Assembly: GCF_000189555.1 (NCBI RefSeq)
Contig: NC_017276.1
DNA from: Saccharolobus islandicus REY15A
Lineage (GTDB): Archaea; Thermoproteota; Thermoprotei_A; Sulfolobales; Sulfolobaceae
Length of the DNA: 64,000 nucleotides
Reading direction: 5' to 3' (one strand)
Positions 19,753 to 30,306 of this stretch are shown in pieces (position 1 is the stretch's first letter; every line of letters begins with the position of its first letter). Below the pieces are notes generated by a model, which made no database searches, was not told the origin of the DNA, and saw only the letters and a program-made list of their open reading frames with translations. A program made the translations under genes and the position numbers.

Positions 19753-20349
19753 CTGTTTGTACTTACTAATATCGATTATACCTATACTTAAGTTGCTAAC
19801 ATCTACAGATATTATACCATTAATTTTAGCCAATTTGGCATCATTCAACATTATATCATTAGTCTTATGAAATTTTCTAATTAGTTCAAGTATTCTCCTT
19901 AGTTTTGTCTTATCTTTTATATCAACTATTAATTCATCAGGGATGGGGGGTATATAAAAGGATGGCACTGCAATATAGAATTTCGAGGATAGAGTACTAT
20001 ACCTCAAAATTTTCAACGAAATTCTACTTTTTAGGTACTCCTCAGCATCTATGGCATTTGAATTAGGTATATATCCATATTCTACTTCAATTCCCATATC
20101 TTCATCACTAACGTAAAGATCGAGTAGTCTTTCCTTCCTCTCATATTCTACGAATACTCTGTAGCCTAGACTCTTAAAGTAAGCAGACAATATTAGTTGA
20201 ATACTAGAGTGGTTAATATTTGTAAATCCTAATTCATAAAAATTTATTAATCTTTGTATTATATCATCTAGTTCTACCCCTCCATACGATTCTTCTACTC
20301 TTTTGGCTAATTTTTCTATATCGTTAATGAACATTAATTTCGATCTCAT
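19732..20349 (-). CDS. Hypothetical protein with a putative restriction-endonuclease-like fold
   Basis: H...GYRVFVEY...LLDLYV...GIEVEYG pattern (E, D, ExE). Confidence 0.6.
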   Translation of the reverse strand: MRSKLMFINDIEKLAKRVEESYGGVELDDIIQRLINFYELGFTNINHSSIQLILSAYFKSLGYRVFVEYERKERLLDLYVSDEDMGIEVEYGYIPNSNAIDAEEYLKSRISLKILRYSTLSSKFYIAVPSFYIPPIPDELIVDIKDKTKLRRILELIRKFHKTNDIMLNDAKLAKINGIISVDVSNLSIGIIDISKYKQLKDFYK

Positions 20350-20357
20350 ATAATATC

Positions 20358-20413
20358 TGCCTCAGTGAGGGGAATGGTCTTCACGACTCAGAAAACCGTC
20401 ACTTCATCACTTA
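20358..20413 (-). ncRNA. Box C/D guide sRNA
   Basis: Intergenic, minus strand: C GTGATGA, guide AGTGACGGTTTT, D' CTGA, C' GTGAAGA, guide CCATTCCCCTCA, D CTGA. All four boxes are near-consensus and both guides are 12 nt. Confidence 0.87.
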
Positions 20414-20453
20414 TGAAGTAATTTTTTATTTCCAGTTAAAAACTCTGCTAACT

Positions 20454-20894
20454 ATGATATCATGGTTAGTAGGATCACAAGCTCCTCCTTGGTCATATTT
20501 AGAAGATCTATTTCAAGATTATAGAAACGTAGCAGTATACGTTGATAATAAAAACATTGTGCAAACAGTTAAGGTTAGTGATATAGACGAATTTTATACG
20601 CCGTTTTCGGTACTTATACACGCAAAGTACTTCAAGTATTATTCTACATATTATATAAAATTAGAGAAAATGGTAGCATTTCAAACCATGAGCGAAAAAG
20701 TAGCCAATCATTTGATTGCTAAAAAAGGATGGAGGGGAATTAAATATTATTATGGCGATGAGTTTTTGGGGGCGTGGATATTATATGATTGCACTAGATG
20801 CAGAGAGAAACAGAGGGCTCACTTAGAAATTAGTAAGTTTGCGGTAAGCGAGGACGAAATAATAGAAGCTCATTTAAAAATCTATAATTCATGA
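20454..20894 (+). CDS. Hypothetical protein (146 aa)
   Basis: Plausible ORF with one CxxC (CTRC) and no family motif recognised. Confidence 0.65.
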   Translation: MISWLVGSQAPPWSYLEDLFQDYRNVAVYVDNKNIVQTVKVSDIDEFYTPFSVLIHAKYFKYYSTYYIKLEKMVAFQTMSEKVANHLIAKKGWRGIKYYYGDEFLGAWILYDCTRCREKQRAHLEISKFAVSEDEIIEAHLKIYNS

Positions 20895-21913
20895 GGTTCT
20901 TGTCCTATTTCGAAATCGTCATTATATTCATTAAACCTCTCCAATTTATATTCTTTAAAATAAGTGTCCTCTTTTTTAGATAAGATCTCTTCTACAAGGA
21001 TGTTAGCTAATCCTGGTCCTACTTCAGCACCATACCCGTTGAATCCACCAATGTAATACACGTTCTCAGCTATTTTCCCGTATGCAGGTCTCATGTCTGG
21101 TGTAGCTTCACAGAAATTACCAGAAGTGTATAATTCCTTAACTTCTCCTAACCTCCTAGAAATTCTGGATGAAACCTCATTCTTATCTTCTATGCAGATA
21201 TTTTGCTGAAAGGGAGTGGCTTCTATAACTTTCCCATCTCCCATGATAGCAAAAGGCAATCCAAGTCCTATAACGGGCCTCGAATAGAAATTATTAACAT
21301 AATCATATATTATATTAGATCCTACTTCTTTTTTTCTACTTAGAAATAGTGAAGCCCAACAGTAGTAAGTCTTTACGGGAAGTTTAACATTAACTAAATA
21401 TTTACTCCATGCTCCAGCTGAGAGAATTATCAAGTTACTTTCATATAATTTATCATTAATCTTAATGAAACCTTTACCTTTGTTAATGAAAATATTAGAA
21501 TGATATACAATCTTTTCTGTATATCTTATTAAACTTCCAATAGATACTAATCCATCTCCACCGATAGCCTCAATAGTTTCATCATCTATCCAATTCACGT
21601 ATTTTATGTTAATATTAATGCCTGCAGAGATCCACGAATCTACTATAGAGGGACTAATTTTACCTAAAGTATAAGATTTAAAAGGATAATAGGGGACGTT
21701 GAATTTTTTATAAAAATTTAAAGATAATTTGGCTAACTCAATATCTTTTTCCTTTAGCAACAATGAGTGAATCAGGCTTGGAAATGGCCTTTTTACCTTA
21801 GGATCAATTAATCGTACTTCAATTCCATTTTTCTTTAACATTCTATAAATAGAACTACCTACTATTCCTCCTCCCACTATGGTGATCTTCAAATCGTAAT
21901 GTTGATAAGCCAT
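20882..21913 (-). CDS. FAD-dependent oxidoreductase (DAO/glycine oxidase/sarcosine oxidase beta family)
   Basis: ITIVGGGIVG, LSAGAWS, TPDMRP and GGFNGYG motifs. The true start is probably the TTG at 21892 (MKITIVGGG). Confidence 0.88.
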   Translation of the reverse strand: MAYQHYDLKITIVGGGIVGSSIYRMLKKNGIEVRLIDPKVKRPFPSLIHSLLLKEKDIELAKLSLNFYKKFNVPYYPFKSYTLGKISPSIVDSWISAGININIKYVNWIDDETIEAIGGDGLVSIGSLIRYTEKIVYHSNIFINKGKGFIKINDKLYESNLIILSAGAWSKYLVNVKLPVKTYYCWASLFLSRKKEVGSNIIYDYVNNFYSRPVIGLGLPFAIMGDGKVIEATPFQQNICIEDKNEVSSRISRRLGEVKELYTSGNFCEATPDMRPAYGKIAENVYYIGGFNGYGAEVGPGLANILVEEILSKKEDTYFKEYKLERFNEYNDDFEIGQEPHEL

Positions 21914-21933
21914 GATTATTAAAAAGTTAACTA

Positions 21934-22749
21934 ATGAATAAGGTAGTTGAAGGTTATTTCCTAAAATATAAAAATGTCATATGGAGTGTTAAAGGCTGTT
22001 ATCATCCAGATGGGTATGCTGTTGCACTACCTAGACTAGTTGATGGTATAAAGATCAAGAGACTTAACGATGCACTAGAAATAGTTAGAAGTAAATTCAG
22101 CAATTTATTAAAATATATTGATGAGATAGGCTTTAGTGTGCCTTTAGTTCCCTTAAATGAAAGTGAAATCCTAGATCCGTTTAACTTTAAAGTATTTGAT
22201 AATAAGCTAAGAGAATTCTTGAGCTTTTTTGATAGAGAGGTAGGAATCACGGGGAGCTATTTATATTTAGGTAAAGGTAATGACATGGATTTACTGAGCT
22301 TTAAACCAGAACATTATCACATGTTAGAGGAGTTAAGAAAAAAAGGGATTACTAGACCATTGCTTACTGTTGAAGACTCTGAAATAGAGACTCTAGATTA
22401 TTCTTCGTTCAAACTTTTGAAAAGTAAAAGAGTTCTAGAAGGTACTTTTGAAGGACAAGGATATACATTTAAAATTGTCCAATGCGAAGAATTCGGTCAA
22501 GTCAAGGAGATAAAGGAATTTGATGGCCATATAAGAATTGCTAAACTAATTAAGCCATTTACAATCCCAGTAAAGTATCTTGCTATTGACGATAGTGGTA
22601 ATGAGTATATTTTAACTAGTTTTCGAATTAGATTTACAGAATTATCTCCTAATACTATCATGTATATAAAGGGAAAGATTCTGGTTAGAGAGAAGTTCAA
22701 TGACTTGGACTTAGATATAGCGGAGGTAGTAAAGTTAAAATCGTCCTAA
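21934..22749 (+). CDS. Pol-beta superfamily nucleotidyltransferase-like protein (COG1665-like) with a possible C-terminal OB-like domain
   Basis: VGITGSYL...DMDLL (GS-x-DxD). The N-terminus KGCYHPDGY resembles COG1665. Confidence 0.65.
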   Translation: MNKVVEGYFLKYKNVIWSVKGCYHPDGYAVALPRLVDGIKIKRLNDALEIVRSKFSNLLKYIDEIGFSVPLVPLNESEILDPFNFKVFDNKLREFLSFFDREVGITGSYLYLGKGNDMDLLSFKPEHYHMLEELRKKGITRPLLTVEDSEIETLDYSSFKLLKSKRVLEGTFEGQGYTFKIVQCEEFGQVKEIKEFDGHIRIAKLIKPFTIPVKYLAIDDSGNEYILTSFRIRFTELSPNTIMYIKGKILVREKFNDLDLDIAEVVKLKSS

Positions 22750-22763
22750 ATACTGATTAATCT

Positions 22764-23300
22764 ATGTCATCACATAAACAACATAGGCAACATGCCCCTA
22801 CTAATATAAATTTTTACGTAATTACAATTAGCACTTCTAGATATGAAAAGATGATGAAAAAAGAGCCAGTAATAGACGAGTCAGGGGATATTATAAAACA
22901 GCTAATTATACAATCGAATTATAATGTAGTAGGCTATGATTTGGTGCCAGATGAAAAGGTAAAGATACTTAAAGCATTTGCAAATGCCTTAGATAATTCC
23001 CAGACTGACGTAATTATATCAGCAGGGGGTACTGGTTATACACAGAGTGATGTTACAGTAGAGACTATAAGAAGAATATTCGATAGAGAAATTGAGGGTT
23101 TTTCGGATGTATTTAGACTAGTGAGTTATAATGACCCTGAAGTAAGATCTGCATCATATTTGACCAAAGCAACTGCTGGAATAGTAAACGGCAAGGTAAT
23201 TTTCTTACTGCCAGGTTCGCCAGACGCTGTAAGATTAGCCATGAGGGAGTTGATATTGCCAGAAGTTGGCCATTTGCTCTATATTGTTAGGAGAAAATAA
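22764..23300 (+). CDS. moaB: Molybdenum cofactor biosynthesis protein MoaB/Mog
   Basis: [22 protein letters not shown] and LPGSPDA motifs. Confidence 0.93.
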   Translation: MSSHKQHRQHAPTNINFYVITISTSRYEKMMKKEPVIDESGDIIKQLIIQSNYNVVGYDLVPDEKVKILKAFANALDNSQTDVIISAGGTGYTQSDVTVETIRRIFDREIEGFSDVFRLVSYNDPEVRSASYLTKATAGIVNGKVIFLLPGSPDAVRLAMRELILPEVGHLLYIVRRK

Positions 23301-25146
23301 TTTTAGTTAGCTTATCCATTAAGATCACTTTAATATTTTCAGTTAAGTTCATACTATTTAGTTTGAAGTATAGTAGAACTAGGTTCTCTATGTTCTCGCC
23401 TTTAATTATTCCATCTATTAATGTAGAGTATACTTCATCTATTATTCTATCGTCAATATCCTTGTACCAGCCTAAGTCTTCTTCAATATCTTCTCTTAAA
23501 TCTTTCGTGGCAATTTCTAACTTTTTGAAAAAGTTATTAATGTAGTTTTGATCTAGGTTTATTTCAAGTAGATCTATTGGTGTTTTAATATTTAATTCCC
23601 TTGCAGTTAATGGACATAATGTAATTTTTTTCTCTATTGTCCTATTGATATTATCTTTATTATTGAGAATATTAAGAAATACACTACTACAAGTAAAATT
23701 TGACTCGTTTAATTCATTTCTTAGCAAGCATGGTATGTGAAGATTATCTTTATTGATTTTTAAGTCATTCATTGCCAATAACTGTAAATTGTAGATATCC
23801 ACTACAGTCTTTTTCTTTAATCTCTGTAAATAAAAATACTCTTCGGGTGTTATCGTATAAATTTCCTTAAACTTTAACAATTCTTCTAAACTAGATTCAT
23901 CCTTAACTATTTTTGAGAAGTCTTCGGCCAAGTAAAATATACCTAATCTTTTTCCTTTTTTAAGTAGATAAATAAGAGATTTAATTATTTGATCTTCAAG
24001 TTCCTCTGATAGGGATGTTATTATTAGTACACTATTTAGATCACTCTTAATACTTCTAAGTAGATTCTTAGGTGGTATTTGATTAATTTTTGTCACTTTT
24101 CTTAGTTCCTTAGTGATGTCTAATCTTACGGGACAGACTTGTTCACACAGACCACACATATGGCAATTAGCTAGATCGTTCTCCTTCTCGAAATACGAAA
24201 TCGAATAGAAGCCTAGAGGAGTGTGAAATATATCATTAGTTTGTTCACCATATGGGCAAACACTAACACACTTACCACAAAGAATGCATCCATTAAATAA
24301 ACCTTCTCCTTCTGTAGTAGAATACTCTAGAGTATTTCCTATAGATTCCAGTAGTCTATTGGAGTATATGGAAAAAGCAATTTCATCCTTTCTAAACCTT
24401 ATTACTGAAAGCTGGGATTCTTTCATAAGATTAATTATATTTTCAAGATCACTTAGAGATGAGTACCCTAGATACCAATACTCATATTCTAACTGCTCAA
24501 CTACTGGTGAGATCTCGTCATAGAATCCATTTAATAATTTCTGTAACAGCACTTCTCTTATTTTGGGATATGATATTAGTATGTAGCTTTCCATCCCTTT
24601 CTTTACAAGGCTGACTTCCCTAAATACGGGTATTCTCGAAGCGTACCAACTCTTTATGATAGGAATTAATTCAGATAATTCCCCATCTAATCTTTTATAA
24701 ATAATTTCCTTGTCCTCTTTTTTCAGATAAATGTTTATTACAATCCCACCCTTATATCGTCCAGAGTAATATTTACCGTCTAGGTAGGCATCGACTTCGA
24801 CCCTCCCATTTATCTTACCAAATTCATTAAAGCCTATAATTGGGTCATTAAAATACACAGACCCTCCAACTGTAAAGTCCATATTAGACCAGAATTCTAC
24901 CTTATATTTTTCAAGAACTTCCCTCCACTTAGTACCAGCCTTTATTTTTAGTTTGTCACCTAAGTCATCTATCCCCCTATAATCAATGAAATCTACTACA
25001 TTCTCACCCTCTGACCCCCTAAAGTATTCATATCTAGGTACAGCATTTGGCAACATTGACGAACCTTCTGAGTACTTTATTACGTTTTTTACCTCAACGT
25101 TACCTATTTTTGTTGGCTTGAGTATTCTGTAAAACTTATTATGCAA
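23287..25146 (-). CDS. FAD-binding (PCMH-like) / 4Fe-4S dicluster oxidoreductase fusion
   Basis: N-terminal FAD-binding-4-like region (KAGTKW...TVGGSV) and two ferredoxin motifs, [12 protein letters not shown] and [12 protein letters not shown]. Confidence 0.75.
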   Translation of the reverse strand: MHNKFYRILKPTKIGNVEVKNVIKYSEGSSMLPNAVPRYEYFRGSEGENVVDFIDYRGIDDLGDKLKIKAGTKWREVLEKYKVEFWSNMDFTVGGSVYFNDPIIGFNEFGKINGRVEVDAYLDGKYYSGRYKGGIVINIYLKKEDKEIIYKRLDGELSELIPIIKSWYASRIPVFREVSLVKKGMESYILISYPKIREVLLQKLLNGFYDEISPVVEQLEYEYWYLGYSSLSDLENIINLMKESQLSVIRFRKDEIAFSIYSNRLLESIGNTLEYSTTEGEGLFNGCILCGKCVSVCPYGEQTNDIFHTPLGFYSISYFEKENDLANCHMCGLCEQVCPVRLDITKELRKVTKINQIPPKNLLRSIKSDLNSVLIITSLSEELEDQIIKSLIYLLKKGKRLGIFYLAEDFSKIVKDESSLEELLKFKEIYTITPEEYFYLQRLKKKTVVDIYNLQLLAMNDLKINKDNLHIPCLLRNELNESNFTCSSVFLNILNNKDNINRTIEKKITLCPLTARELNIKTPIDLLEINLDQNYINNFFKKLEIATKDLREDIEEDLGWYKDIDDRIIDEVYSTLIDGIIKGENIENLVLLYFKLNSMNLTENIKVILMDKLTKIIFS

Positions 25147-27364
25147 TTGGACTTCCCTCCCTATCCTTACTTCCTCTCCTGATTGAACCTCTTATTAACC
25201 CATCTATTAATCTTAATGATTTTTTCCTTGATAAATATTTATTATTATTACCACAATATGGGCTATATACGCAATTAGGACATCCATCCTCACAATTACA
25301 ATTCTTAACTATATCTAAGGCAACTTCATAAGCTTGGTCTAATCTTTCAAATAGCAATTTAGCGATTCCACTTCCACCTATGGAAGAGTCGTATATTACA
25401 ACGTGCCCACTAGGATAGCTTATTCCACCTAGATCAGTTAACGAAGCTCCTGCGGCAACTCTTGCTGCAGATATTAATACATGTTCGGTTGCATGGTAAG
25501 CCTCCATATGATCTATTAGAGTGAAGTCATCTATTAACGGGTGATATATCAACAGCCCCTTTGTATTATATGTAAACGAAATGGGGTTCTCATAGAAGTA
25601 TTCATTCCTCCCACCTTTACCTTTTAAATATACGTCATAAGTTACATAACCCTCTACTCTCATGAGTAGTTTCATTTCTCCATACTCTACTTTTTCTCCG
25701 TACACTTCCCTCTCATCCTTCTTATTAAACTCCAACAAATCCATCGAATAGAGGGGTTTAGTATAATATGACAGTTCATTATTAACTTTTCTTGCTTTTG
25801 CTATTAATCTGCCAATATCAAGCTCTTCTATAATGTAGGTCTTTTTTGAAATTAAGTATACTGCGTTTGGATATAAATCATGTAGTGCTGCTGGAAGTTC
25901 TCTTTCACCAATTTTCTTCTTATCTTCGTATATCCTTACAATAGGACCTACACTTCTAAGAGATGTGGAGGCAAGGTACTTTTTAGTTTCTGAAACTGCC
26001 AAAACGTTGCTGCCTATAATTTTGGCTTTTCCTTCAATATTTAACATTTCATATGCTTTTTTCCAGAGAGGAGGTAAATTGTCTAATCTTATTCTATATT
26101 TTTCAGCCAAATATGCTAAAGCGTGAATCTTAATTACTTCCATGTTTGTAGGATCAAATGTTAGCGGTTGAATTTTTCTGTTGAAGAACTCCTCTGGATG
26201 CCTAAGATAGTAGCTATCTATAGGATCATCTCCTAAAATTGTAAATATCAATCCGGCGTTATTCCTCCTTCCCGCTCTTCCAGCTCTCTGAATATATTTA
26301 GTATAACTTGGTGGATTTTCTGCCATTATCACTGCATCTATACTTCCTATGTCTATTCCTAATTCCAATGTAGGTGTAGCAACTACTCCGTCCAGTTCTC
26401 CATTTCTTAATTTTTCCTCTACTTTTATCCTCTCTTCAGCATTTAAACCCGCCCTATGTACTTCCAGATTCACTCTAAATCTATCAGCTATTTTAGCTAC
26501 TAATTCTGTCATCTGTTGAGAATCGGTAAACACAAGTACTTTCAACCCTTTTTTAACTAGAACTGCAGCCAAATAAGCTGCTAATGTCCACCTACTAGAA
26601 TTACCACTATCTATTAGACCATGTAGTGCAATTCCTTTTCTTCTTCTTGTACCTTCTATAATTTCCCCCTCAACTCCGAACAACTCCCCAAATAAGTATT
26701 TAGTAGCGCCTATAGTCGCACTTGAGGCAACTATGTGAATATCATTTTTGAACTCCTTGATTCTATCGGCTAGATTTCTAATGTGCGCACCTAAAACGCC
26801 CTCATATACGTGAACTTCATCAAATATAAAATGATCAGCTGTCCTTAATAAGAATCTAAATCTGTTACTTAGTGCTAAACCTAAATGTATCATATCTGGA
26901 TTAGTTATTAATATATGAGGAGGGTTTCTATACAATCTTTCTCTCTCTTTTTCCGGTGTATCTCCATCGAAAATCCCAATATTCAATCCCAACTCTCCTG
27001 CTAATTTGTAAACTCTAGTAAGTTGGTCCCTTGCCAGAGCTTTTGTGGGATATATTAGAACGCTTCTTTCGCCCCTTAGCGCTAGGTCTAGAATTGGTAT
27101 CAAAAACGCTTCAGTTTTACCGGTTCCAGTTCCCGATACTATCATTACGTTTTCCTTATTTTTTATTTTTCTATATGCTTCATATTGATATTTATATAGT
27201 CGTTCAATTCCATATTCTGTAATAGTTTTCTTTAACTTATTGTCAATATCCATTTCATTTATGGATGGTCCTAATTCGGGTTCAAGAAAAGTTTCCGTAT
27301 GAACGTGCGCTATCCTAGCATTGAACGTTTTTAGCTTATCATTTATTTCACTTAGAATTTCCAC
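25139..27364 (-). CDS. DEAH-box helicase with C-terminal DUF1998/MrfA zinc domain (Hrq1/SftH/YprA family)
   Basis: [23 protein letters not shown] and QRAGRAGR motifs; C-terminal HATEH...[10 protein letters not shown]. Confidence 0.92.
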   Translation of the reverse strand: MEILSEINDKLKTFNARIAHVHTETFLEPELGPSINEMDIDNKLKKTITEYGIERLYKYQYEAYRKIKNKENVMIVSGTGTGKTEAFLIPILDLALRGERSVLIYPTKALARDQLTRVYKLAGELGLNIGIFDGDTPEKERERLYRNPPHILITNPDMIHLGLALSNRFRFLLRTADHFIFDEVHVYEGVLGAHIRNLADRIKEFKNDIHIVASSATIGATKYLFGELFGVEGEIIEGTRRRKGIALHGLIDSGNSSRWTLAAYLAAVLVKKGLKVLVFTDSQQMTELVAKIADRFRVNLEVHRAGLNAEERIKVEEKLRNGELDGVVATPTLELGIDIGSIDAVIMAENPPSYTKYIQRAGRAGRRNNAGLIFTILGDDPIDSYYLRHPEEFFNRKIQPLTFDPTNMEVIKIHALAYLAEKYRIRLDNLPPLWKKAYEMLNIEGKAKIIGSNVLAVSETKKYLASTSLRSVGPIVRIYEDKKKIGERELPAALHDLYPNAVYLISKKTYIIEELDIGRLIAKARKVNNELSYYTKPLYSMDLLEFNKKDEREVYGEKVEYGEMKLLMRVEGYVTYDVYLKGKGGRNEYFYENPISFTYNTKGLLIYHPLIDDFTLIDHMEAYHATEHVLISAARVAAGASLTDLGGISYPSGHVVIYDSSIGGSGIAKLLFERLDQAYEVALDIVKNCNCEDGCPNCVYSPYCGNNNKYLSRKKSLRLIDGLIRGSIRRGSKDREGSPIA

Positions 27365-27397
27365 AATTTTATTAACTATTTCATGTAGGTTAAAAGC

Positions 27398-27619
27398 ATG
27401 GTGGATGTCCTTAATACCAAAAAAGATGTTGAGGTATTTCTGTCTAAACAGAGAGAGAAATGTAAATTAGGAGATGTTATCACGGTTGTAATAACTGAAA
27501 ACACATTAGAAGATATTCCTTTTATAGCGTCAAAATATGGATTCTCCATGATTGATGGTGAAAATTTAGAAGGAGATCTAATTATGATAAAATTAGAGTT
27601 TAGACAGATTTTTAGGTAA
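27398..27619 (+). CDS. TusA/SirA-like small protein lacking the CPxP motif
   Basis: KLGDVITVV...[13 protein letters not shown]...IKL aligns by eye with the TusA C-terminal pattern. The single Cys is not in a CPxP context. Confidence 0.55.
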   Translation: MVDVLNTKKDVEVFLSKQREKCKLGDVITVVITENTLEDIPFIASKYGFSMIDGENLEGDLIMIKLEFRQIFR

Positions 27620-27638
27620 GCTATAAAGGTATAAACAA

Positions 27639-29033
27639 GTGTGTAGTGTATCTGGAGTCCTTATATTAAACCCTAAAAATTTTGACAAAGTTGAGCGAAA
27701 ATTAGCTGATATTCTCAAAAGGGCAGAGGATAGGGGTAGGGATAGTTTTGGAATTGTTGTAATTCAAAAGGACGGTACGGTGAAAGTGAGAAAATCCATA
27801 GGGAAGCCTTCAGAAAAAGAGGAATTGCTGTATGGAATTTTAGATGAAGACTCTAGAGTAGTAATAGCTAATAATAGGGCAGAGCCTACGACTGAATATG
27901 TTAGACAGAAGACTGAAGAGGATATTCAACCCTTTATCGGAGATAGATATATTGTAACCCATAATGGAATAATAGCGAATGATTTAGAATTAGAGAAAAA
28001 ATACGAGCTTAAAAGAAAGACTAAGATCGATAGTGCAATTCTTCCATCACTTTTAGATAAAACATGGGATGGTAATCTTGGAACATTAAAGGGAATTTTA
28101 GAACAAATTAGAGGAAGCTTTGCTTTAGTTATAGGTGATAAGAGAAATCATGATAGAATATTTCTAGCTCAGAATTTTAAGCCATTATACATGGCTTATG
28201 ACTACTCGTTGGAGTCAATATTCTTTACGTCTCTTGATGAGTATTTTGACGTAAAACCATTTGACCTAGTAAACGTAACTAAACTAGAACCTTATTCTGT
28301 AGTAATGGTGAGTTCAAATAAGCAAATAACTACGTTACCGATCATAGAGAAAAGAAAAAAACATAAGGTACTTGTCGTGGCAAGTGGTGGGCTAGATTCA
28401 ACTGTTGCGGCTACTAAACTTTTAAGGGAAGGTCATGAAGTTACCCTAATACACTTTAATTACCATCATAAAGCTGAGGAAAGGGAAAGAGAGGCAGTGA
28501 GGAAGATTGCTGAGCATTTGCAAGTTCCTCTAATTGAAATAAATACAGATTTATTTAAAATGATAGGTCACGCTACGCTAATAAAGGGAGGGGGAGAGAT
28601 AGTTAAGGATAGGAAAGGAGAAGAAGGAGCAGAGTTTGCGCACGAATGGGTTCCTGCAAGAAACCTAATTTTCTTTTCAGCGGCATTAGCAATTGCCGAA
28701 GCTTATGGATACGACGCAATAGCCTCTGGGATAAATTTAGAGGAAGCTGGAGCTTATCCAGATAACGAGATGGAGTTCATAAGGATGTTAAGTAAGTTAA
28801 GCCCCTATGCGACTGGCCCAAATAAGAAAGTGGAGGTATTGATGCCAGTTGGTAATTTAATGAAGCATGAAATAGTAAAGCTGGGATACGAAATTGGTGC
28901 TCCATTACATTTAACATGGAGCTGTTATGAAGGAGGGCAAAAACATTGTGGAAAATGTGGACCTTGTTATATGAGGAGGGTGGCGTTTAAGATTAATGGA
29001 CTTAGAGATCCAGTTGAGTATGCTGAAGAATGA
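27639..29033 (+). CDS. queC: GAT-QueC fusion (class II glutamine amidotransferase + 7-cyano-7-deazaguanine synthase), the crenarchaeal archaeosine synthesis enzyme
   Basis: Ntn-hydrolase Cys2 (MCSVSG), RGRDSFG, RAEP and HNG; then ASGGLDS, VPARN and the Zn motif [15 protein letters not shown]. Confidence 0.9.
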   Translation: MCSVSGVLILNPKNFDKVERKLADILKRAEDRGRDSFGIVVIQKDGTVKVRKSIGKPSEKEELLYGILDEDSRVVIANNRAEPTTEYVRQKTEEDIQPFIGDRYIVTHNGIIANDLELEKKYELKRKTKIDSAILPSLLDKTWDGNLGTLKGILEQIRGSFALVIGDKRNHDRIFLAQNFKPLYMAYDYSLESIFFTSLDEYFDVKPFDLVNVTKLEPYSVVMVSSNKQITTLPIIEKRKKHKVLVVASGGLDSTVAATKLLREGHEVTLIHFNYHHKAEEREREAVRKIAEHLQVPLIEINTDLFKMIGHATLIKGGGEIVKDRKGEEGAEFAHEWVPARNLIFFSAALAIAEAYGYDAIASGINLEEAGAYPDNEMEFIRMLSKLSPYATGPNKKVEVLMPVGNLMKHEIVKLGYEIGAPLHLTWSCYEGGQKHCGKCGPCYMRRVAFKINGLRDPVEYAEE

Positions 29034-29072
29034 TCGAATACTTTAATAACCATTTGGATAGTACTATTTTTT

Positions 29073-29933
29073 ATGCTATCTCCAATAGAATTTTTTGTTA
29101 TAGTTGTGCTAATTAGTGCTCTTTCAGGTATACTAGGCGCTCTGACTGGTTTAGGTGGAGCTACGTTTTTAGTACCAATTTATACATTATATCTAAACGT
29201 ACCTATTGCATATGCTTCTGGAGCTAGTCTAATTTCAACTATAGCAACCTCTAGCGGTGCGGCAAGTGCCTATATTAAGGATAGAATAACTAATGTGAAA
29301 ATAGGTATGGGGCTTGAAATAGCTACTACAACAGGTTCTATAGCTGGAGCCTTGACAGTAGCCTACATTTATGCTCATCATTTAGAATTTATAGTTTATA
29401 TTGTTTTTGGGATTGTTTTACTTTCTCAAGTTTATGTGCAACTTGCTAAGTCTAAATTTGAGCTTCCTAAACCCATTAAACCAGATTGGACAACTAGAGT
29501 TTTTGAGCTTTATGGGAAATATTATGATACGGTATTAAAACGAGAGGTTGAATATCACGGTGTGAGATGGTGGCTTGGCGAAATAATTATGTTCTTTGCA
29601 GGTTTCATCTCTGGTTTGTTAGGAATAGGTTCGGGCGCACTGAAGGTTTTAGGTATGGATTGGGCGATGAACCTACCAATGAAAGTTAGTACTACTACCA
29701 GTAATTTCATGATTGGTGTAACAGCTGCAACTGGAAGTTCAATTTACTGGATATTCGGATATATACAGCCGTTTTTGGCAGCGGGTACTGCGTTAGGCGT
29801 TTTGATTGGGGCATTTATTGGAACTAAAATATTAGTGAGAGTTACAAATAAAACTATAAGGTATATTTTTACTGTAATTCTCATATTTCTAGGAATTCAA
29901 ATGATACTAAGGGGGCTAGGATATGGACTTTAA
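29073..29933 (+). CDS. TSUP (TauE/SafE) family sulfur-compound transporter
   Basis: Duplicated GxxGxGG motifs (GALTGLGGATFLVP; GLLGIGSG) and multi-TM composition. Confidence 0.88.
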   Translation: MLSPIEFFVIVVLISALSGILGALTGLGGATFLVPIYTLYLNVPIAYASGASLISTIATSSGAASAYIKDRITNVKIGMGLEIATTTGSIAGALTVAYIYAHHLEFIVYIVFGIVLLSQVYVQLAKSKFELPKPIKPDWTTRVFELYGKYYDTVLKREVEYHGVRWWLGEIIMFFAGFISGLLGIGSGALKVLGMDWAMNLPMKVSTTTSNFMIGVTAATGSSIYWIFGYIQPFLAAGTALGVLIGAFIGTKILVRVTNKTIRYIFTVILIFLGIQMILRGLGYGL

Positions 29934-30306
29934 CAGTATTATAGGTAATGCGTTAAGAATAGGCGTAATAATTAGTGCAATAATAATAATTTTCGGAGTA
30001 GCCCTACTATTTTTGAATAATGGTTCAAACGGGTTTACTATTACTCAGATATCAAATTCAAACTCAATTATTAATAGTTCAATCTTTAAACCTTCTGAAA
30101 TATTTACTGGGTTACCTAAGCTATACGGTTTAGATTATATATACTTAGGACTAATGGTTCTAATAGCTACCCCAGTTCTTAGGGTGTTATTAGGAATAGC
30201 ACAATTCGCTTCTGAGAGAAATAAATTATATACAATAATAACTATAATTGTATTTTTCAATCTAATGTTTTCAATATTTATATTACCTATACTCATAAGT
30301 AAGTAA
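29923..30306 (+). CDS. DUF1634 family membrane protein
   Basis: LRIGVIIS...GLMVLIATPVLRV motif; the usual partner of TSUP genes. Confidence 0.8.
   Translation: MDFNSIIGNALRIGVIISAIIIIFGVALLFLNNGSNGFTITQISNSNSIINSSIFKPSEIFTGLPKLYGLDYIYLGLMVLIATPVLRVLLGIAQFASERNKLYTIITIIVFFNLMFSIFILPILISK

Noticed and set aside
2341-29033. TatD plus QueC as a qatABCD or CBASS type IV defence system
   Set aside because: The genes are ~25 kb apart, no QatA ATPase or CD-NTase is present, and the QueC carries the GAT domain of the tRNA archaeosine enzyme.
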